In this document: positions 35,429-36,911 of the stretch, in pieces
How the letters are laid out: every line of letters starts with the position of its first letter
Numbering within the stretch: position 1 is the first letter of the stretch
DNA from: an uncultured Thermomicrobiales bacterium
Lineage (GTDB): Bacteria; Chloroflexota; Chloroflexia; Thermomicrobiales; CFX8
Reading direction: 5' to 3'
DNA: 36,911 nucleotides
Assembly: GCA_964399615.1 (NCBI GenBank)
Contig: CAYNTE010000001.1
Coordinates: 21,305-58,215, forward strand
Notes under the pieces: model-generated
Seen by the model: the letters and a program-made list of their open reading frames with translations, nothing else
Told to the model about the DNA's origin: nothing
The model's database searches: none
Program-made: the position numbers and the translations under genes

Positions 35429-36911
35429 TTGAATCTCGACGTGGCCCGCCCTCCCAAGCGCTCTCGACCATTCTCCAGTAGCTCGCGAGACTTCCCGTCC
35501 AGCGCCACTGGCCGCAAGGTCAGCGGGCGAGGCGGTGGACGCGGTTGGTCCGGGCGCAGCAGTTGGTCGCCCTACGAAGCTGAGCAAGACCGGCTCTGGC
35601 CGAAGATCCTGATCGTCGGCGTCATTCTAACGGTCGTCATCGGCGGCTCGATTCTGGTGGCCAGCGCGTTGGGTGGCGATGGTGGCAACGACAACGACAC
35701 GCCCGCTGTTGCTGCTAGCGACCCCACTGCATCGAATACGCCTGAGAACTCGCCCGAGGCAGGGGTCGGCGCAAGCACGGCCGACCAAACCGCTCCCGAG
35801 CCATCCGACGGCCCTACTGCCACCAACGAACCTGAGGCCTCACCCACCCCGCACGACCCCAGCGCGCTCGATACACCCAAGAAGGTCGCCGAGGCATACG
35901 CCCGTACCTGGTCGTCGTTCGCCTACAGCCAGATGTACGCCCTGCTGAGCTCACAATCGAAAGAGCAGATCAGCGAGGAAGACTTCGTCGCACGCTATGA
36001 ATCAATCGGTGTCGAGGCTGGGCTGATCCGCATCCAGGCCCAAATCTCCGGTGGACGCGATGACGATCTGATCTTCCCGCTGCAGGTGACCTTCACCTCT
36101 TCGCGCATCGGTGATTTCACCGATGACAACCAGATCCCGATCGTTCGCGACGGAGACCAGTTCAAGGTGGACTGGACCCCCTCACTGATCTTCAACGGCC
36201 TGGGGGATGGCCGTGTCCAGTGGTCGGCACAGGTGCCGCAGCGGGGCCGGATTCTCGACCGCAAGGGACGACCGCTCGCCGAGACTGGCTTCATCAGCCG
36301 CGTTGGCGTCGTGCCGGGCAAGATCGAGAATGAGGACGATCTACTCAGCCAGCTCTCCGAATTGTTAGAGATGCCAGCCGAAAAGATCCAGGCACGCTAC
36401 GCCGACGGCGAGCCAACCTGGTTCATGCCCGTCAAGGACTACCCCGACACGATGGATGCCCAGCTGGTTGCACGCCTGAGCGCGATCCCAGGCGTCACCA
36501 TCCAGAAGTGGCCTGCTCGCACCTATGCGCTAGGCCCCGCCGCGGCGCACATCACCGGCTACATGAGCGAGATCACCGCGGAAGAGCTTCCGGAGCTTGC
36601 GAAAGAAGGCTACTCGTCTGGGGACATGATCGGGCGGGGTGGTGTCGAATCTTCTGCTGAACAGTGGCTGGCGGGTAAGCGCGGCGGGACACTGTCAATC
36701 GTCGCCCCCGACGGCAGCACACGTCGCATTCTTGGCGAAGTCGAGGCCGAGCCAGCCAAGGATGTCGTCTTGACCATCGATTTGGATCTCCAGCGCGCCC
36801 TCTACGATGCCATTGGAGATGATCAGATCGGTTCAGCCGTCGTCATCGACCCCAACACCGGCCAGGTGCTAGCGATGGCGAGCCGGCCTTCCTTCGATCC
36901 CAACAAGTTCG
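35429..36911 (+). CDS. Class B penicillin-binding protein with NTF2-like (MecA_N) and dimerisation domains; 3' end outside the window
   Basis: Manual translation (start TTG 35429 or GTG 35441): TM WPKILIVGVILTVVIGG, YSQMYALLS, KVDWTPSLIF, RGRILDRKG, RTY, GRGGVE, LTIDLDLQ and DPNTGQVLAMASRPSFDPN. Not in the ORF track. Confidence 0.92.
   Translation, partial: MNLDVARPPKRSRPFSSSSRDFPSSATGRKVSGRGGGRGWSGRSSWSPYEAEQDRLWPKILIVGVILTVVIGGSILVASALGGDGGNDNDTPAVAASDPTASNTPENSPEAGVGASTADQTAPEPSDGPTATNEPEASPTPHDPSALDTPKKVAEAYARTWSSFAYSQMYALLSSQSKEQISEEDFVARYESIGVEAGLIRIQAQISGGRDDDLIFPLQVTFTSSRIGDFTDDNQIPIVRDGDQFKVDWTPSLIFNGLGDGRVQWSAQVPQRGRILDRKGRPLAETGFISRVGVVPGKIENEDDLLSQLSELLEMPAEKIQARYADGEPTWFMPVKDYPDTMDAQLVARLSAIPGVTIQKWPARTYALGPAAAHITGYMSEITAEELPELAKEGYSSGDMIGRGGVESSAEQWLAGKRGGTLSIVAPDGSTRRILGEVEAEPAKDVVLTIDLDLQRALYDAIGDDQIGSAVVIDPNTGQVLAMASRPSFDPNKF

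Noticed and set aside
35404-35481. ATG at 35404 as the start of the class B PBP
   Set aside because: That frame stops at 35479-35481. The PBP frame opens after TGA 35405-35407 and needs TTG 35429 or GTG 35441.

Overview
A GC-rich, densely coding bacterial chromosomal segment; the protein styles suggest Chloroflexota, probably Thermomicrobia-like (inference, not a database result). No mobile element, CRISPR array, rRNA or tRNA is visible. From left to right: (i) a minus-strand operon with a stand-alone spermidine-synthase-type membrane domain, an SRPBCC protein and a divergent GdmH-like ureohydrolase that runs off the left edge and is missing from the ORF track; (ii) an ORF-poor gap with a near-consensus sigma70 promoter driving a candidate ~200-nt highly structured RNA; (iii) PPOX/F420 and VOC genes; (iv) a candidate ~90-nt sRNA with an ECF-type promoter and repeated CCCUA motifs; (v) glnA-EamA; (vi) a regulator, a peptide ABC importer without ATPase genes, and two hydrolases; (vii) an F420-LLM oxidoreductase directly after a complex I cluster nuoABCD-HJKLMN that lacks nuoE, F, G and also nuoI; (viii) a class A PBP with degenerate transpeptidase motifs; (ix) AI-2E transporter, lipoprotein and pentein amidinohydrolase; (x) mnmA with three small membrane genes; (xi) a small protein-amidase pair; (xii) a MecA/PBP2a-architecture class B PBP running off the right edge. 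The best novelty candidates are the two putative ncRNAs, the nuoI-less complex I, the transpeptidase-dead PBP1A and the divergent guanidinase-like enzyme.
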